Shown here one piece after another: positions 32,214 to 47,200 of a DNA stretch of 64,000 nucleotides (its first letter is position 1; every line of letters starts with the position of its first letter). The DNA lies in contig OZ037841.1 of the NCBI GenBank assembly GCA_964035575.1, forward strand, positions 744,001 to 808,000. Direction: 5' to 3'. The notes beneath the pieces were generated by a model. The model worked only from the letters and a program-made list of their open reading frames with translations, was not told the origin of the DNA and ran no database searches. The translations under genes were made by a program, and so were the position numbers. This DNA is from Rhynchopus sp. YZ270_cl-10 (Eukaryota).

Positions 32214-35200
32214 ATTCTTTATGTGTGTCGCTCTGTTGAGGAGATGAAACCATAACACAGTGGGGAGGATTTTCGTGCAAGGAGGGGTCGAGCTCGGAGC
32301 CTGAACGCCTTCAGTGTCACAGTGCTTGAGGAGGTCAAAGAGCATTGGTTACGCACATTATGTGCGCTTCGATACTAACATCATACATCACACCAACGTA
32401 AGGAGGTACGAGTTCCCATCCGAAACAATTCATGAAATACTATTTGCCGCCAAAATACCTTTTCTCACTTTTGAAATTTTCATTCCCTGGCGGTGTAATT
32501 CTGGTGCAATGTTTTGACAAAAATTCCTAAAACAGCACAAAATATCAATCAATATGTCACCACGAGACGGGGACAAAAGCAACACCTATACCACACCCAC
32601 TTAGATTTTGAGAAGATTCAAAAAACGTTTCGCAATTAACGGGGCCCATGCGCCTAGTATAAGACATTTCAACAGAGAGCGTTGAAACGGCGCGGGCCTC
32701 TACGTTCCAAACGTTTGCGTTGCGTCTTTTGCATGCGTTCACTTCACAACGCGCTGCTTTCGACGCGTTGTTTTGGATGCGTTACAACGCGTTGTTTTCG
32801 ACGCGTTGTTTTGGATGAGTCACAACGCGCTCCTTTCGACGAGTTGTTTTGGATGCGTTACAACGCGCTGTTTTCGACACGTTGTTTTGGTTGCGTTACA
32901 ACGCGCTGCTTTCGACGCGTTGTTTTGGATGCGTTACAACGCGTTGTTTTCGACGCGTTGTTTTGGATGAGTCACAACGCGCTCCTTTCGACGAGTTGTT
33001 TTGGATGCGTTACAACGCGCTGTTTTCGACACGTTGTTTTGGTTGCGTTACAACGCGCTGCTTTCGACGCGTTGTTTTGGTTGCGTTACAACGCGCTGGT
33101 TTCGACGCGTTGTTTTGGATGCGTCACAACGCGCTGCTTTCGACGCGTTGTTTTGGTTGCGTTACAACGCGTTGTTTTCGACGCGTTGTTTTGGATGAGT
33201 CACAACGCGCTGCTTTCGACGCGTTGTTTTGGTTGCGTCACAACGCGCTGCTTTCGACGCGTTGTTTTGGTTGCGTTACAACGCGTTGTTTTCGACGAGT
33301 TGTTTTGGTTGCGTTACAACGCGCTGTTTTCGACACGTTGTTTTGGTTGCGTTACAACGCGCTGCTTTCGACGCGTTGTTTTGGATGCGTTACAACGCGC
33401 TGCTTTCGACGCGTTGTATTGGTTGCTTTACAACGCGCTGTTTTCGACGCGTGGTTTTGGTTGCGTCACAACGCGTGGCTTTCGACGCGTTGTTTTGGAT
33501 GCGTTACAACGCGTGGCTTTCGACGCGTTGTTTTGATTGCGTTACAACGCGCTGCTTTCGACGCGTTGTTTTGGTTGCGTTACAACGCGCTGGTTTCGAC
33601 GCGTTGTATTGGTTGCTTTACAACGCGCTCTTTTCGACGCGTTGTTTTGGTTGCGTCACAACGCGCTGCTTTCGACGCGTTGTTTTGGATGCGTTACAAC
33701 GCGTGGCTTTCGACGCGTTGTTTTGGTTGCGTTACAACGCGCTGCTTTCGACGCGTTGTTTTGGTTGCGTTACAACGCGTGGCTTTCGACACGTTGTTTT
33801 GGTTGCGTTACAACGCGTGGCTTTCGATGCGTTGTTTTGGTTGCGTTACAACGCGTGGCTTTCGACGCGTTGTTTTGGTTGCGTTACAACGCGATGCTTT
33901 CGACGCGTTGTTTTGGTTGCGTCACAACGCGCTGTTTTCGACGCGTTGTTTTGGATGCGTTACAACGCGCTGCTTTCGACGCGTTGTTTTGGTTGCGTTA
34001 CAACTCGTTGTTTTCGACGCGTTGTTTTGTTTGCGTTACAACGCGCTGCTTTGGACGCATTGTTTTGGTTGCGTTACAACGCGAAGCTTTCGACGCGTTG
34101 TTTTGTTTGCGTTACAACGCGTGGCTTTCGACGCGTTGTTTTGGTTGCGTTACAACGCGCTGCTTTCGACGCGTTGTTTTGTTTGCGTTACAACGCGCTG
34201 CTTTCGACGCGTTGTTTTGTTTGCGTTACAACGCGTGGCTTTCGACGCGTTGTTTTGGTTGCGTTACAACGCGCTGTTTTCGACGCGTTGTTTTGTTTGC
34301 GTTACAACGCGCTGCTTTCGACGTGTTGTTTTGGTTGCGTTACAACGCGCTGTTTTCGACGCGTTGTTTTGGTTGCGTTACAACGCGCTGTTTTCGACGC
34401 GTTGTTTTGGTTGCGTTACAACGCGCTGCTTTCGACGCGTTGTTTTGTTTGCGTTACAACGCGCTGCTTTCGACGCGTTGTTTTGGATGCGTTACAACGC
34501 GATGCTTTCGACGCGTTGTTTTGGTTGCGTTACAACGCGCTGCTTTCGACGCGTTGTTTTGTTTGCGTTACAACGCGCTGCTTTCGACGCGTTGTTTTGG
34601 ATGCGTTACAACGCGCTGCTTTCGACCCGTTGTTTTGGTTGCGTTACAACGCGCTGCTTTCGACGCGTTGTTTTGGTTGCGTTACAACGCGCTGTTTTCG
34701 ACGCGTTGTTTTGGTTGCGTTACAACGCGCTGCTTTCGACGCGTTGTTTTGGATGCGTTACAACGCGATGCTTTCGACGCGTTGTTTTGGATGCGTTACA
34801 ACGCGCTGCTTTCGACGCGTTGTTTTGGTTGCGTTACAACGCGCTGCTTTCGACGCGTTGTTTTGGTTGCGTTACAACGCGCTGCTTTCGACGCGTTGTT
34901 TTGGTTGCGTTACAACGCGCTGTTTTCGACGCGTTGTTTTGGTTGCGTTACAACGCGCTGTTTTCGACGCGTTGTTTTGTTTGCGTTACAACGCGCTGCT
35001 TTCGACGCGTTGTTTTGGTTGCGTTACAACGCGCTGCTTTCGACGCGTTGTTTTGGATGCGTTACAACGCGCTGCTTTCGACGCGTTGTTTTGGTTGCGT
35101 TACAACGCGTTGTTTTCGACGCGTTGTTTTGTTTGCGTTACAACGCGCTGTTTTCGACGCGTTGTTTTGGTTGCGTTACAACGCGCTGCTTTCGACGCGT

Positions 35201-38200
35201 TGTTTTGGTTGCGTTACAACGCGCTGTTTTCGACGCGTTGTTTTGGTTGCGTTACAACGCGTGGCTTTCGACGCGTTGTTTTGGTTGCGTTACAACGCGC
35301 TGCTTTCTACGCGTTGTTTTGTTTGCGTTACAACGCGCTGCTTTCGACGCGTTGTTTTGGTTGCGTTACAACGCGTTGTTTTCGACGCGTTGTTTTGGTT
35401 GCGTTACAACGCGCTGTTTTCGACGCGTTGTTTTGGTTGCGTTACAACGCGCTGCTTTCGACGCGTTGTTTTGGTTGCGTTACAACGCGCTGTTTTCGAC
35501 GCGTTGTTTTGGTTGCGTTACAACGCGTGGCTTTCGACGCGTTGTTTTGGTTGCGTTACAACGCGCTGCTTTCTACGCGTTGTTTTGTTTGCGTTACAAC
35601 GCGCTGCTTTCGACGCGTTGTTTTGTTTGCGTTACAACGCGATGCTTTCGACGCGTTGTTTTGGATGCGTTACAACGCGCTGCTTTCGACGCGTTGTTTT
35701 GGTTGCGTTACAACGCGCTGCTTTCGACGCGTTGTTTTGGTTGCGTTACAACGCGTTGTTTTCGACGCGTTGTTTTGTTTGCGTTACAACGCGCTGTTTT
35801 CGACGCGTTGTTTTGGTTGCGTTACAACGCGCTGCTTTCGACGCGTTGTTTTGGATGCGTTACAACGCGCTGCTTTCGACGCGTTGTTTTGTTTGCGTTA
35901 CAACGCGCTGCTTTCGACGCGTTGTTTTGGATGCGTTACAACGCGCTGCTTTCGACGCGTTGTTTTGGATGCGTTACAACGCGCTGCTTTCGACGCGTTG
36001 TTTTGGTTGCGTTACAACGCGCTGCTTTCGACGCGTTGTTTTGGTTGCGTTACAACGCGCTGTTTTCGACGCGTTGTTTTGGTTGCGTTACAACGCGCTG
36101 CTTTCGACGCGTTGTTTTGGTTGCGTTACAACGCGCTGCTTTCGACGCGTTGTTTTGTTTGCGTTACAACGCGCTGCTTTCGACGCGTTGTTTTGTTTGC
36201 GTTACAACGCGATGCTTTCGACGCGTTGTTTTGGTTGCGTTACAACGCGATGCTTTCGACGCGTTGTTTTGGATGCGTTACAACGCGCTGCTTTCGACGC
36301 GTTGTTTTGTTTGCGTTACAACGCGCTGCTTTCGACGCGTTGTTTTGGATGCGTTACAACGCGCTGTTTTCGACGCGTTGTTTTGGATGCGTTACAACGC
36401 GCTGCTTTCGACGCGTTGTTTTGGATGCGTTACAACGCGCTGCTTTCGACGCGTTGTTTTGGTTGCGTTACAACGCGCTGCTTTCGACGCGTTGTTTTGG
36501 TTGCGTTACAACGCGCTGCTTTCGACGCGTTGTTTTGGATTCGTTACAACGCGCTGCTTTCTACGCGTTGTTTTGGATGCGTCACAACGCGCTGTTTTCG
36601 CCACGTTGTTTTGGTTGCGTTACAACGCGATGCTTTCGACGCGTTGTTTTGGTTGCGTTACAGCGCGCTGCTTTCGACACGTTGTTTTGGATGCGTTACA
36701 ACGCGCTGCTTTCGACGCGTTGTTTTGGATTCGTTACAACGCGCTGCTTTCGACGCGTTGTTTTGGATTCGTTACAACGCGCTGCTTTCTACGCGTTGTT
36801 GTGGATGCGTTACAACGCGCTGCTTTCGACGCGTTGTTTTGGTTGCGTTACAACGCGCTGCTTTCGACGCGTTGTTTTGGATTCGTTACAACGCGCTGCT
36901 TTCTACGCGTTGTTGTGGATGCGTTACAACGCGCTGTTTTCGACACGTTGTTTTGGTTGCGTTACAACGCGCTGTTTTCGACGCGTTGTTTTGGATGCGT
37001 TACAACGCGTGGCTTTCGACGCGTTGTTTTGGTTGCGTTACAACGCGTGGCTTTCGACGCGTTGTTTTGGATGCGTTACAACGCGCTGTTTTCGACGCGT
37101 TATTTTGTTTGCGTTACAACGCGCTACTTTCGACGCGTTGTTTTGGTTGCGTTACAACGCGCTGTTTTCGACGCGTTGTTTTGGTTGCGTTACAACGCGA
37201 TGCTTTCGACGCGTTGTTTTGGTTGCGTCACAACGCGCTGTTTTCGACGCGTTGTTTTGGATGCGTTACAACGCGATGCTTTCGACGCGTTGTTTTGGAT
37301 GCGTTACAACGCGATGCTTTCGACGCGTTGTTTTGGATGCGTTACAACGCGCTGCTTTCGACCCGTTGTTTTGGTTGCGTTACAACGCGCTGCTTTCGAC
37401 GCGTTGTTTTGGTTGCGTTACAACGCGATGCTTTCGACGCGTTGTTTTGGTTGCGTCACAACGCGCTGTTTTCGACGCGTTGTTTTGGATGCGTTACAAC
37501 GCGATGCTTTCGACGCGTTGTTTTGGATGCGTTACAACGCGATGCTTTCGACGCGTTGTTTTGGATGCGTTACAACGCGCTGCTTTCGACCCGTTGTTTT
37601 GGTTGCGTTACAACGCGCTGCTTTCGACGCGTTGTTTTGTTTGCGTTACAACGCGCTGCTTTGGACGCGTTGTTTTGGTTGCGTTACAACGCGATGCTTT
37701 CGACGCGTTGTTTTGTTTGCGTTACAACGCGCTACTTTCGACGCGTTGTTTTGGTTGCGTTACAACGCGTGGCTTTCGACGCGTTGTTTTGGTTGCGTTA
37801 CAACGCGCTGTTTTCGACGCGTTGTTTTGGTTGCGTTACAACGCGCTGCTTTCGACGCGTTGTTTTGTTTGCGTTACAACGCGCTGCTTTCGACGCGTTG
37901 TTTTGGATGCGTTACAACGCGCTGCTTTCGACGCGTTGTTTTGGATGCGTTACAACGCGCTGCTTTCGACGCGTTGTTTTGTTTGCGTTACAACGCGCTG
38001 CTTTCGACGCGTTGTTTTGGATGCGTTACAACGCGCTGCTTTCGACGCGTTGTTTTGGTTGCGTTACAACGCGCTGTTTTCGACGCGTTGTTTTGGTTGC
38101 GTTACAACGCGCTGTTTTCGACGCGTTGTTTTGGTTGCGTTACAACGCGTGGCTTTCGACGCGTTGTTTTGGTTGCGTTGCAACGCGCTGCTTTCGACGC

Positions 38201-41200
38201 GTTGTTTTGTTTGCGTTACAACGCGCTGCTTTCGACGCGTTGTTTTGGATGCGTTACAACGCGCTGCTTTCGACGCGTTGTTTTGGTTGCGTTACAACGC
38301 GCTGTTTTCGACGCGTTGTTTTGGTTGCGTTACAACGCGCTGTTTTCGACGCGTTGTTTTGGTTGCGTTGCAACGCGCTGTTTTCGACGCGTTGTTTTGG
38401 TTGCGTTACAACGCGTGGCTTTCGACGCGTTGTTTTGGTTGCGTTGCAACGCGCTGTTTTCGACGCGTTGTTTTGGTTGCGTTACAACGCGTGGCTTTCG
38501 ACGCGTTGTTTTGGTTGCGTTACAACGCGCTGTTTTCGACGCGTTGTTTTGTTTGCGTTACAACGCGCTGCTTTCGACGCGTTGTTTTGGTTGCGTTGCA
38601 ACGCGCTGTTTTCGACGCGTTGTTTTGGTTGCGTTACAACGTGTGGCTTTCGACGCGTTGTTTTGGTTGCGTTGCAACGCGCTGCTTTCGACGCGTTGTT
38701 TTGTTTGCGTTACAACGCGCTGTTTTCGACGCGTTGTTTTGGTTGCGTTACAACGCGCTGTTTTCGACGCGTTGTTTTGTTTGCGTTACAACGCGTGGCT
38801 TTCGACACGTTGTTTTGGTTGCGTCACAACGCGCTGTTTTCGACGCGTTGTTTTGGTTGCGTCACAACGCGCTGTTTTCGACGCGTTGTTTTGGATGCGT
38901 TACAGCGCGCTGTTTTCGACGCGTTGTTTTGGTTGCGTCACAACGCGCTCTTTTCGACACGTTGTTTTGGATGCGTCACAACGCGCTGCTTTCGACGCGT
39001 TGTTTTGGTTGCGTTACAACGCGCTGCTTTCGACGCGTTGTATTGGTTGCTTTACAACGCGCTGTTTTCGACGCGTGGTTTTGGTTGCGTTACAACGCGT
39101 GGCTTTCGACGCGTTGTTTTGGATGCGTTACAACGCGTGGCTTTCGACGCGTTGTTTTCATTGCGTTACAACGCGCTGGTTTCGACGCGTTGTATTGGTT
39201 GCTTTACAACGCGCTCTTTTCGACGCGTTGTTTTGGTTGCGTCACAACGCGCTGCTTTCGACGCGTTGTTTTGGATGCGTTACAACGCGTGGCTTTCGAC
39301 GCGTTGTTTTGATTGCGTTACAACGCGCTGGTTTCGACGCGTTGTATTGGTTGCTTTACAACGCGCTGCTTTCGACGCGTTGTTTTGGTTGCGTTACAAC
39401 GCGTGGCTTTCGACACGTTGTTTTGGATGCGTTACAACGCGTGGCTTTCGACACGTTGTTTTAGTTGCGTTTCAACGCGTGGCTTTCTACGCGTTGTTTT
39501 GGTTGCGTTACAACGCGATGCTTTCGACGCGTTGTTTTGGTTGCGTCACAACGCGCTGTTTTCGACGCGTTGTTTTGGATGCGTTACAACGCGCTGCTTT
39601 CGACGCGTTGTTTTGGTTGCGTTACAACGCGTTGTTTTCGACGCGTTGTTTTGGTTGCGTTACAACGCGCTGCTTTCGACGCGTTGTTTTGTTTGCGTTA
39701 CAACGCGCTGCTTTCGACGCGTTGTTTTGTTTGCGTTACAACGCGTGGCTTTCGACGCGTTGTTTTGGTTGCGTTACAACGCGCTGTTTTCGACGCGTTG
39801 TTTTGTTTGCGTTACAACGCGCTGCTTTCGACGTGTTGTTTTGGTTGCGTTACAACGCGCTGCTTTCGACGCGTTGTTTTGGTTGCGTTACAACGCGCTG
39901 TTTTCGACGCGTTGTTTTGGTTGCGTTACAACGCGCTGCTTTCGACGCGTTGTTTTGTTTGCGTTACAACGCGCTGCTTTCGACGCGTTGTTTTGGATGC
40001 GTTACAACGCGATGCTTTCGACGCGTTGTTTTGGATGCGTTACAACGCGCTGCTTTCGACCCGTTGTTTTGGTTGCGTTACAACGCGCTGCTTTCGACGC
40101 GTTGTTTTGGTTGCGTTACCACGCGCTGTTTTCGACGCGTTGTTTTGGTTGCGTTACAACGCGTTGTTTTCGACGCGTTGTTTTGTTTGCGTTACAACGC
40201 GCTGTTTTCGACGCGTTGTTTTGGTTGCGTTACAACGCGCTGCTTTCGACGCGTTGTTTTGGTTGCGTTACAACGCGTTGTTTTCGACGCGTTGTTTTGG
40301 TTGCGTTACAACGCACTGTTTTCGACGCGTTGTTTTGTTTGCGTTACAACGCGCTGCTTTCGACGCGTTGTTTTGGTTGCGTTACAACGCGTTGTTTTCG
40401 ACGCGTTGTTTTGTTTGCGTTACAACGCGCTGCTTTGGACGCGTTGTTTTGGTTGCGTTACAACGCGCTGCTTTCGACGCGTTGTTTTGGTTGCGTTACA
40501 ACGCGTTGTTTTCGACGCGTTGTTTTGTTTGCGTTACAACGCGCTGCTTTGGACGCGTTGTTTTGGTTGCGTTACAACGCGCTGCTTTCGACGCGTTGTT
40601 TTGGTTGCGTTACAACGCGTTGTTTTCGACGCGTTGTTTTGTTTGCGTTACAACGCGCTGTTTTCGACGCGTTGTTTTGGTTGCGTTACAACGCGCTGCT
40701 TTCGACGCGTTGTTTTGGTTGCGTTACAACGCGTGGCTTTCGACGCGTTGTTTTGGTTGCGTTACAACGCGCTGCTTTCTACGCGTTGTTTTGTTTGCGT
40801 TACAACGCGCTGCTTTCGACGCGTTGTTTTGTTTGCGTTACAACGCGATGCTTTCGACGCGTTGTTTTGGTTGCGTTACAACGCGATGCTTTCGACGCGT
40901 TGTTTTGGATGCGTTACAACGCGCTGCTTTCGACGCGTTGTTTTGGATGCGTTACAACGCGCTGCTTTGGACGCGTTGTTTTGGATGCGTTACAACGCGC
41001 TGCTTTCGACGCGTTGTTTTGGTTGCGTTACAACGCGTGGCTTTCGACGCGTTGTTTTGTTTGCGTTACAACGCGCTGCTTTCGACGCGTTGTTTTGGTT
41101 GCGTTACAACGCGCTGCTTTCGACGCGTTGTTTTGTTTGCGTTACAACGCGCTGCTTTCGACGCGTTGTTTTGTTTGCGTTACAACGCGCTGCTTTCGAC

Positions 41201-44200
41201 GCGTTGTTTTGTTTGCGTTACAACGCGCTGCTTTCGACGCGTTGTTTTGGATGCGTTACAACGCGCTGCTTTCGACGCGTTGTTTTGTTTGCGTTACAAC
41301 GCGCTGCTTTCGACGCGTTGTTTTGGATGCGTTACAACGCGCTGCTTTCGACGCGTTGTTTTGGATGCGTTACAACGCGCTGCTTTCGACGCGTTGTTTT
41401 GGTTGCGTTACAACGCGCTGCTTTCGACGCGTTGTTTTGGTTGCGTTACAACGCGCTGTTTTCGACGCGTTGTTTTGGTTGCGTTACAACGCGCTGCTTT
41501 CGACGCGTTGTTTTGTTTGCGTTACAACGCGCTGCTTTCGACGCGTTGTTTTGTTTGCGTTACAACGCGATGCTTTCGACGCGTTGTTTTGGTTGCGTTA
41601 CAACGCGCTGCTTTCGACGCGTTGTTTTGTTTGCGTTACAACGCGATGCTTTCGACGCGTTGTTTTGGTTGCGTTACAACGCGATGCTTTCGACGCGTTG
41701 TTTTGGATGCGTTACAACGCGCTGCTTTCGACGCGTTGTTTTGGATGCGTTACAACGCGCTGTTTTCGACGCGTTGTTTTGGTTGCGTTACAACGCGCTG
41801 CTTTCGACGCGTTGTTTTGTTTGCGTTACAACGCGCTGCTTTCGACGCGTTGTTTTGGATGCGTTACAACGCGCTGCTTTCGACGCGTTGTTTTGGATGC
41901 GTTACAACGCGCTGCTTTCGACGCGTTGTTTTGGTTGCGTTACAACGCGTTGTTTTCGACGCGTTGTTTTGTTTGCGTTACAACGCGCTGCTTTGGACGC
42001 GTTGTTTTGGTTGCGTTACAACGCGAAGCTTTCGACGCGTTGTTTTGTTTGCGTTACAACGCGCTGCTTTCGACGTGTTGTTTTGGTTGCGTTACAACGC
42101 GCTGCTTTCGACGCGTTGTTTTGGTTGCGTTACAACGCGCTGCTTTCGACGCGTTGTTTTGTTTGCGTTACAACGCGCTGCTTTCGACGTGTTGTTTTGG
42201 TTGCGTTACAACGCGCTGCTTTCGACGCGTTGTTTTGGTTGCGTTACAACGCGCTGTTTTCGACGCGTTGTTTTGGTTGCGTTACAACGCGCTGCTTTCG
42301 ACGCGTTGTTTTGTTTGCGTTACAACGCGCTGCTTTCGACGCGTTGTTTTGGATGCGTTACAACGCGATGCTTTCGACGCGTTGTTTTGGATGCGTTACA
42401 ACGCGCTGCTTTCGACCCGTTGTTTTGGTTGCGTTACAACGCGCTGCTTTCGACGCGTTGTTTTGGTTGCGTTACAACGCGCTGTTTTCGACGCGTTGTT
42501 TTGGTTGCGTTACAACGCGCTGCTTTCGACGCGTTGTTTTGGATGCGTTACAACGCGATGCTTTCGACGCGTTGTTTTGGATGCGTTACAACGCGCTGCT
42601 TTCGACGCGTTGTTTTGGTTGCGTTACAACGCGCTGCTTTCGACGCGTTGTTTTGGTTGCGTTACAACGCGCTGCTTTCGACGCGTTGTTTTGGTTGCGT
42701 TACAACGCGCTGTTTTCGACGCGTTGTTTTGGTTGCGTTACAACGCGCTGCTTTCGACGCGTTGTTTTGGTTGCGTTACAACGCGCTGTTTTCGACGCGT
42801 TGTTTTGTTTGCGTTACAACGCGCTGCTTTCGACGCGTTGTTTTGGTTGCGTTACAACGCGCTGCTTTCGACGCGTTGTTTTGGATGCGTTACAACGCGC
42901 TGCTTTCGACGCGTTGTTTTGGTTGCGTTACAACGCGTTGTTTTCGACGCGTTGTTTTGGTTGCGTTACAACGCACTGTTTTCGACGCGTTGTTTTGGTT
43001 GCGTTACAACGCGCTGCTTTCGACGCGTTGTTTTGGTTGCGTTACAACGCGTTGTTTTCGACGCGTTGTTTTGTTTGCGTTACAACGCGCTGTTTTCGAC
43101 GCGTTGTTTTGGTTGCGTTACAACGCGCTGCTTTCGACGCGTTGTTTTGGTTGCGTTACAACGCGTTGTTTTCGACGCGTTGTTTTGGTTGCGTTACAAC
43201 GCACTGTTTTCGACGCGTTGTTTTGGTTGCGTTACAACGCGCTGCTTTCGACGCGTTGTTTTGGTTGCGTTACAACGCGTTGTTTTCGACGCGTTGTTTT
43301 GTTTGCGTTACAACGCGCTGCTTTGGACGCGTTGTTTTGGTTGCGTTACAACGCGCTGCTTTCGACGCGTTGTTTTGGTTGCGTTACAACGCGTTGTTTT
43401 CGACGCGTTGTTTTGTTTGCGCTACAACGCGCTGTTTTCGACGCGTTGTTTTGGTTGCGTTACAACGCGCTGCTTTCGACGCGTTGTTTTGGTTGCGTTA
43501 CAACGCGTTGTTTTCGACGCGTTGTTTTGGTTGCGTTCCAACGCGCTGTTTTCGACGCGTTGTTTTGTTTGCGTTACAACGCGATGCTTACGAAGCGTTG
43601 TTTTGGTTGCGTTACAACGCGATGCTTTCGACGCGTTGTTTTGGTTGCGTTACAACGCGCTGCTTTCGACGCGTTGTTTTGGTTGCGTTACAACGCGCTG
43701 TTTTCGACGCGTTGTTTTGGTTGCGTTACAACGCGTGGCTTTCGACGCGTTGTTTTGGTTGCGTTGCAACGCGCTGCTTTCGACGCGTTGTTTTGTTTGC
43801 GTTACAACGCGCTGTTTTCGACGCGTTGTTTTGGTTGCGTTACAACGCGTGGCTTTCGACACGTTGTTTTGGTTGCGTCACAACGCGCTGTTTTCGACGC
43901 GTTGTTTTGGTTGCGTCACAACGCGCTGTTTTCGACGCGTTGTTTTGGATGCGTTGCAACGCGCTGCTTTCGACGCGTTGTTTTGGTTGCGTTGCAACGC
44001 GCTGCTTTCGACGCGTTGTTTTGTTTGCGTTACAACGCGCTGTTTTCGACGCGTTGTTTTGTTTGCGTTACAACGCGTGGCTTTCGACACGTTGTTTTGG
44101 TTGCGTCACAACGCGCTGTTTTCGACGCGTTGTTTTGGTTGCGTCACAACGCGCTGTTTTCGACGCGTTGTTTTGGATGCGTTACAGCGCGCTGTTTTCG

Positions 44201-47200
44201 ACGCGTTGTTTTGGTTGCGTCACAACGCGCTCTTTTCGACACGTTGTTTTGGTTGCGTTACAACGCGCTGCTTTCGACGCGTTGTTTTGGTTGCGTTACA
44301 ACGCGCTGCTTTCGACGCGTTGTATTGGTTGCTTTACAACGCGCTGTTTTCGACGCGTGGTTTTGGTTGCGTTACAACGCGTGGCTTTCGACGCGTTGTT
44401 TTGATTGCGTTACAACGCGCTGGTTTCGACGCGTTGTATTGGTTGCTTTACAACGCGCTCTTTTCGACGCGTTGTTTTGGTTGCGTCACAACGCGCTGCT
44501 TTCGACGCGTTGTTTTGGTTGCGTTACAACGCGTGGCTTTCGACACGTTGTTTTGGATGCGTTACAACGCGTGGCTTTCGACACGTTGTTTTGGATGCGT
44601 TACAACGCGTGGCTTTCGACACGTTGTTTTAGTTGCGTTTCAACGCGTGGCTTTCTACGCGTTGTTTTGGTTGCGTTACAACGCGATGCTTTCGACGCGT
44701 TGTTTTGGTTGCGTCACAACGCGCTGTTTTCGACGCGTTGTTTTGGATGCGTTACAACGCGCTGCTTTCGACGCGTTGTTTTGGTTGCGTTACAACGCGC
44801 TGCTTTCGACGCGTTGTTTTGGTTGCGTTACAACGCGCTGTTTTCGACGCGTTGTTTTGGTTGCGTTACAACGCGCTGTTTTCGACGCGTTGTTTTGGTT
44901 GCGTTACAACGCGCTGTTTTCGACGCGTTGTTTTGTTTGCGTTACAACGCGCTGCTTTCGACGCGTTGTTTTGGTTGCGTTACAACGCGCTGCTTTCGAC
45001 GCGTTGTTTTGGATGCGTTACAACGCGCTGCTTTCGACGCGTTGTTTTGGTTGCGTTACAACGCGTTGTTTTCGACGCGTTGTTTTGTTTGCGTTACAAC
45101 GCGCTGTTTTCGACGCGTTGTTTTGGTTGCGTTACAACGCGCTGCTTTCGACGCGTTGTTTTGGTTGCGTTACAACGCGTTGTTTTCGACGCGTTGTTTT
45201 GGTTGCGTTACAACGCACTGTTTTCGACGCGTTGTTTTGGTTGCGTTACAACGCGCTGCTTTCGACGCGTTGTTTTGGTTGCGTTACAACGCGTTGTTTT
45301 CGACGCGTTGTTTTGTTTGCGTTACAACGCGCTGCTTTGGACGCGTTGTTTTGGTTGCGTTACAACGCGCTGCTTTCGACGCGTTGTTTTGGTTGCGTTA
45401 CAACGCGTTGTTTTCGACGCGTTGTTTTGTTTGCGTTACAACGCGCTGTTTTCGACGCGTTGTTTTGGTTGCGTTACAACGCGCTGCTTTCGACGCGTTG
45501 TTTTGGTTGCGTTACAACGCGTTGTTTTCGACGCGTTGTTTTGGTTGCGTTCCAACGCGCTGTTTTCGACGCGTTGTTTTGTTTGCGTTACAACGCGATG
45601 CTTTCGACGCGTTGTTTTGGTTGCGTTACAACGCGATGCTTTCGACGCGTTGTTTTGGTTGCGTTACAACGCGCTGCTTTCGACGCGTTGTTTTGGTTGC
45701 GTTACAACGCGCTGTTTTCGACGCGTTGTTTTGGTTGCGTTACAACGCGTGGCTTTCGACGCGTTGTTTTGGTTGCGTTACAACGCGCTGCTTTCTACGC
45801 GTTGTTTTGTTTGCGTTACAACGCGCTGCTTTCGACGCGTTGTTTTGTTTGCGTTACAACGCGATGCTTTCGACGCGTTGTTTTGGTTGCGTTACAACGC
45901 ACTGTTTTCGACGCGTTGTTTTGGTTGCGTTACAACGCGCTGCTTTCGACGCGTTGTTTTGGTTGCGTTACAACGCGTTGTTTTCGACGCGTTGTTTTGT
46001 TTGCGTTACAACGCGCTGTTTTCGACGCGTTGTTTTGGTTGCGTTACAACGCGCTGCTTTCGACGCGTTGTTTTGGTTGCGTTACAACGCGTTGTTTTCG
46101 ACGCGTTGTTTTGGTTGCGTTACAACGCACTGTTTTCGACGCGTTGTTTTGGTTGCGTTACAACGCGCTGCTTTCGACGCGTTGTTTTGGTTGCGTTACA
46201 ACGCGTTGTTTTCGACGCGTTGTTTTGTTTGCGTTACAACGCGCTGCTTTGGACGCGTTGTTTTGGTTGCGTTACAACGCGCTGCTTTCGACGCGTTGTT
46301 TTGGTTGCGTTACAACGCGTTGTTTTCGACGCGTTGTTTTGTTTGCGCTACAACGCGCTGTTTTCGACGCGTTGTTTTGGTTGCGTTACAACGCGCTGCT
46401 TTCGACGCGTTGTTTTGGTTGCGTTACAACGCGTTGTTTTCGACGCGTTGTTTTGGTTGCGTTCCAACGCGCTGTTTTCGACGCGTTGTTTTGTTTGCGT
46501 TACAACGCGATGCTTACGAAGCGTTGTTTTGGTTGCGTTACAACGCGATGCTTTCGACGCGTTGTTTTGGTTGCGTTACAACGCGCTGCTTTCGACGCGT
46601 TGTTTTGGTTGCGTTACAACGCGCTGTTTTCGACGCGTTGTTTTGGTTGCGTTACAACGCGTGGCTTTCGACGCGTTGTTTTGGTTGCGTTGCAACGCGC
46701 TGCTTTCGACGCGTTGTTTTGTTTGCGTTACAACGCGCTGTTTTCGACGCGTTGTTTTGGTTGCGTTACAACGCGCTGTTTTCGACGCGTTGTTTTGTTT
46801 GCGTTACAACGCGTGGCTTTCGACACGTTGTTTTGGTTGCGTCACAACGCGCTGTTTTCGACGCGTTGTTTTGGTTGCGTCACAACGCGCTGTTTTCGAC
46901 GCGTTGTTTTGGATGCGTTACAGCGCGCTGTTTTCGACGCGTTGTTTTGGTTGCGTCACAACGCGCTCTTTTCGACACGTTGTTTTGGTTGCGTTACAAC
47001 GCGCTGCTTTCGACGCGTTGTTTTGGTTGCGTTACAACGCGCTGCTTTCGACGCGTTGTATTGGTTGCTTTACAACGCGCTGTTTTCGACGCGTGGTTTT
47101 GGTTGCGTTACAACGCGTGGCTTTCGACGCGTTGTTTTGATTGCGTTACAACGCGCTGGTTTCGACGCGTTGTATTGGTTGCTTTACAACGCGCTCTTTT

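Noticed and set aside
32630..32662. Possible Helitron 3' end (GGGCCC...CTAGT) just before the satellite
   Set aside because: The hairpin is weak and no 5' end or second copy is visible.
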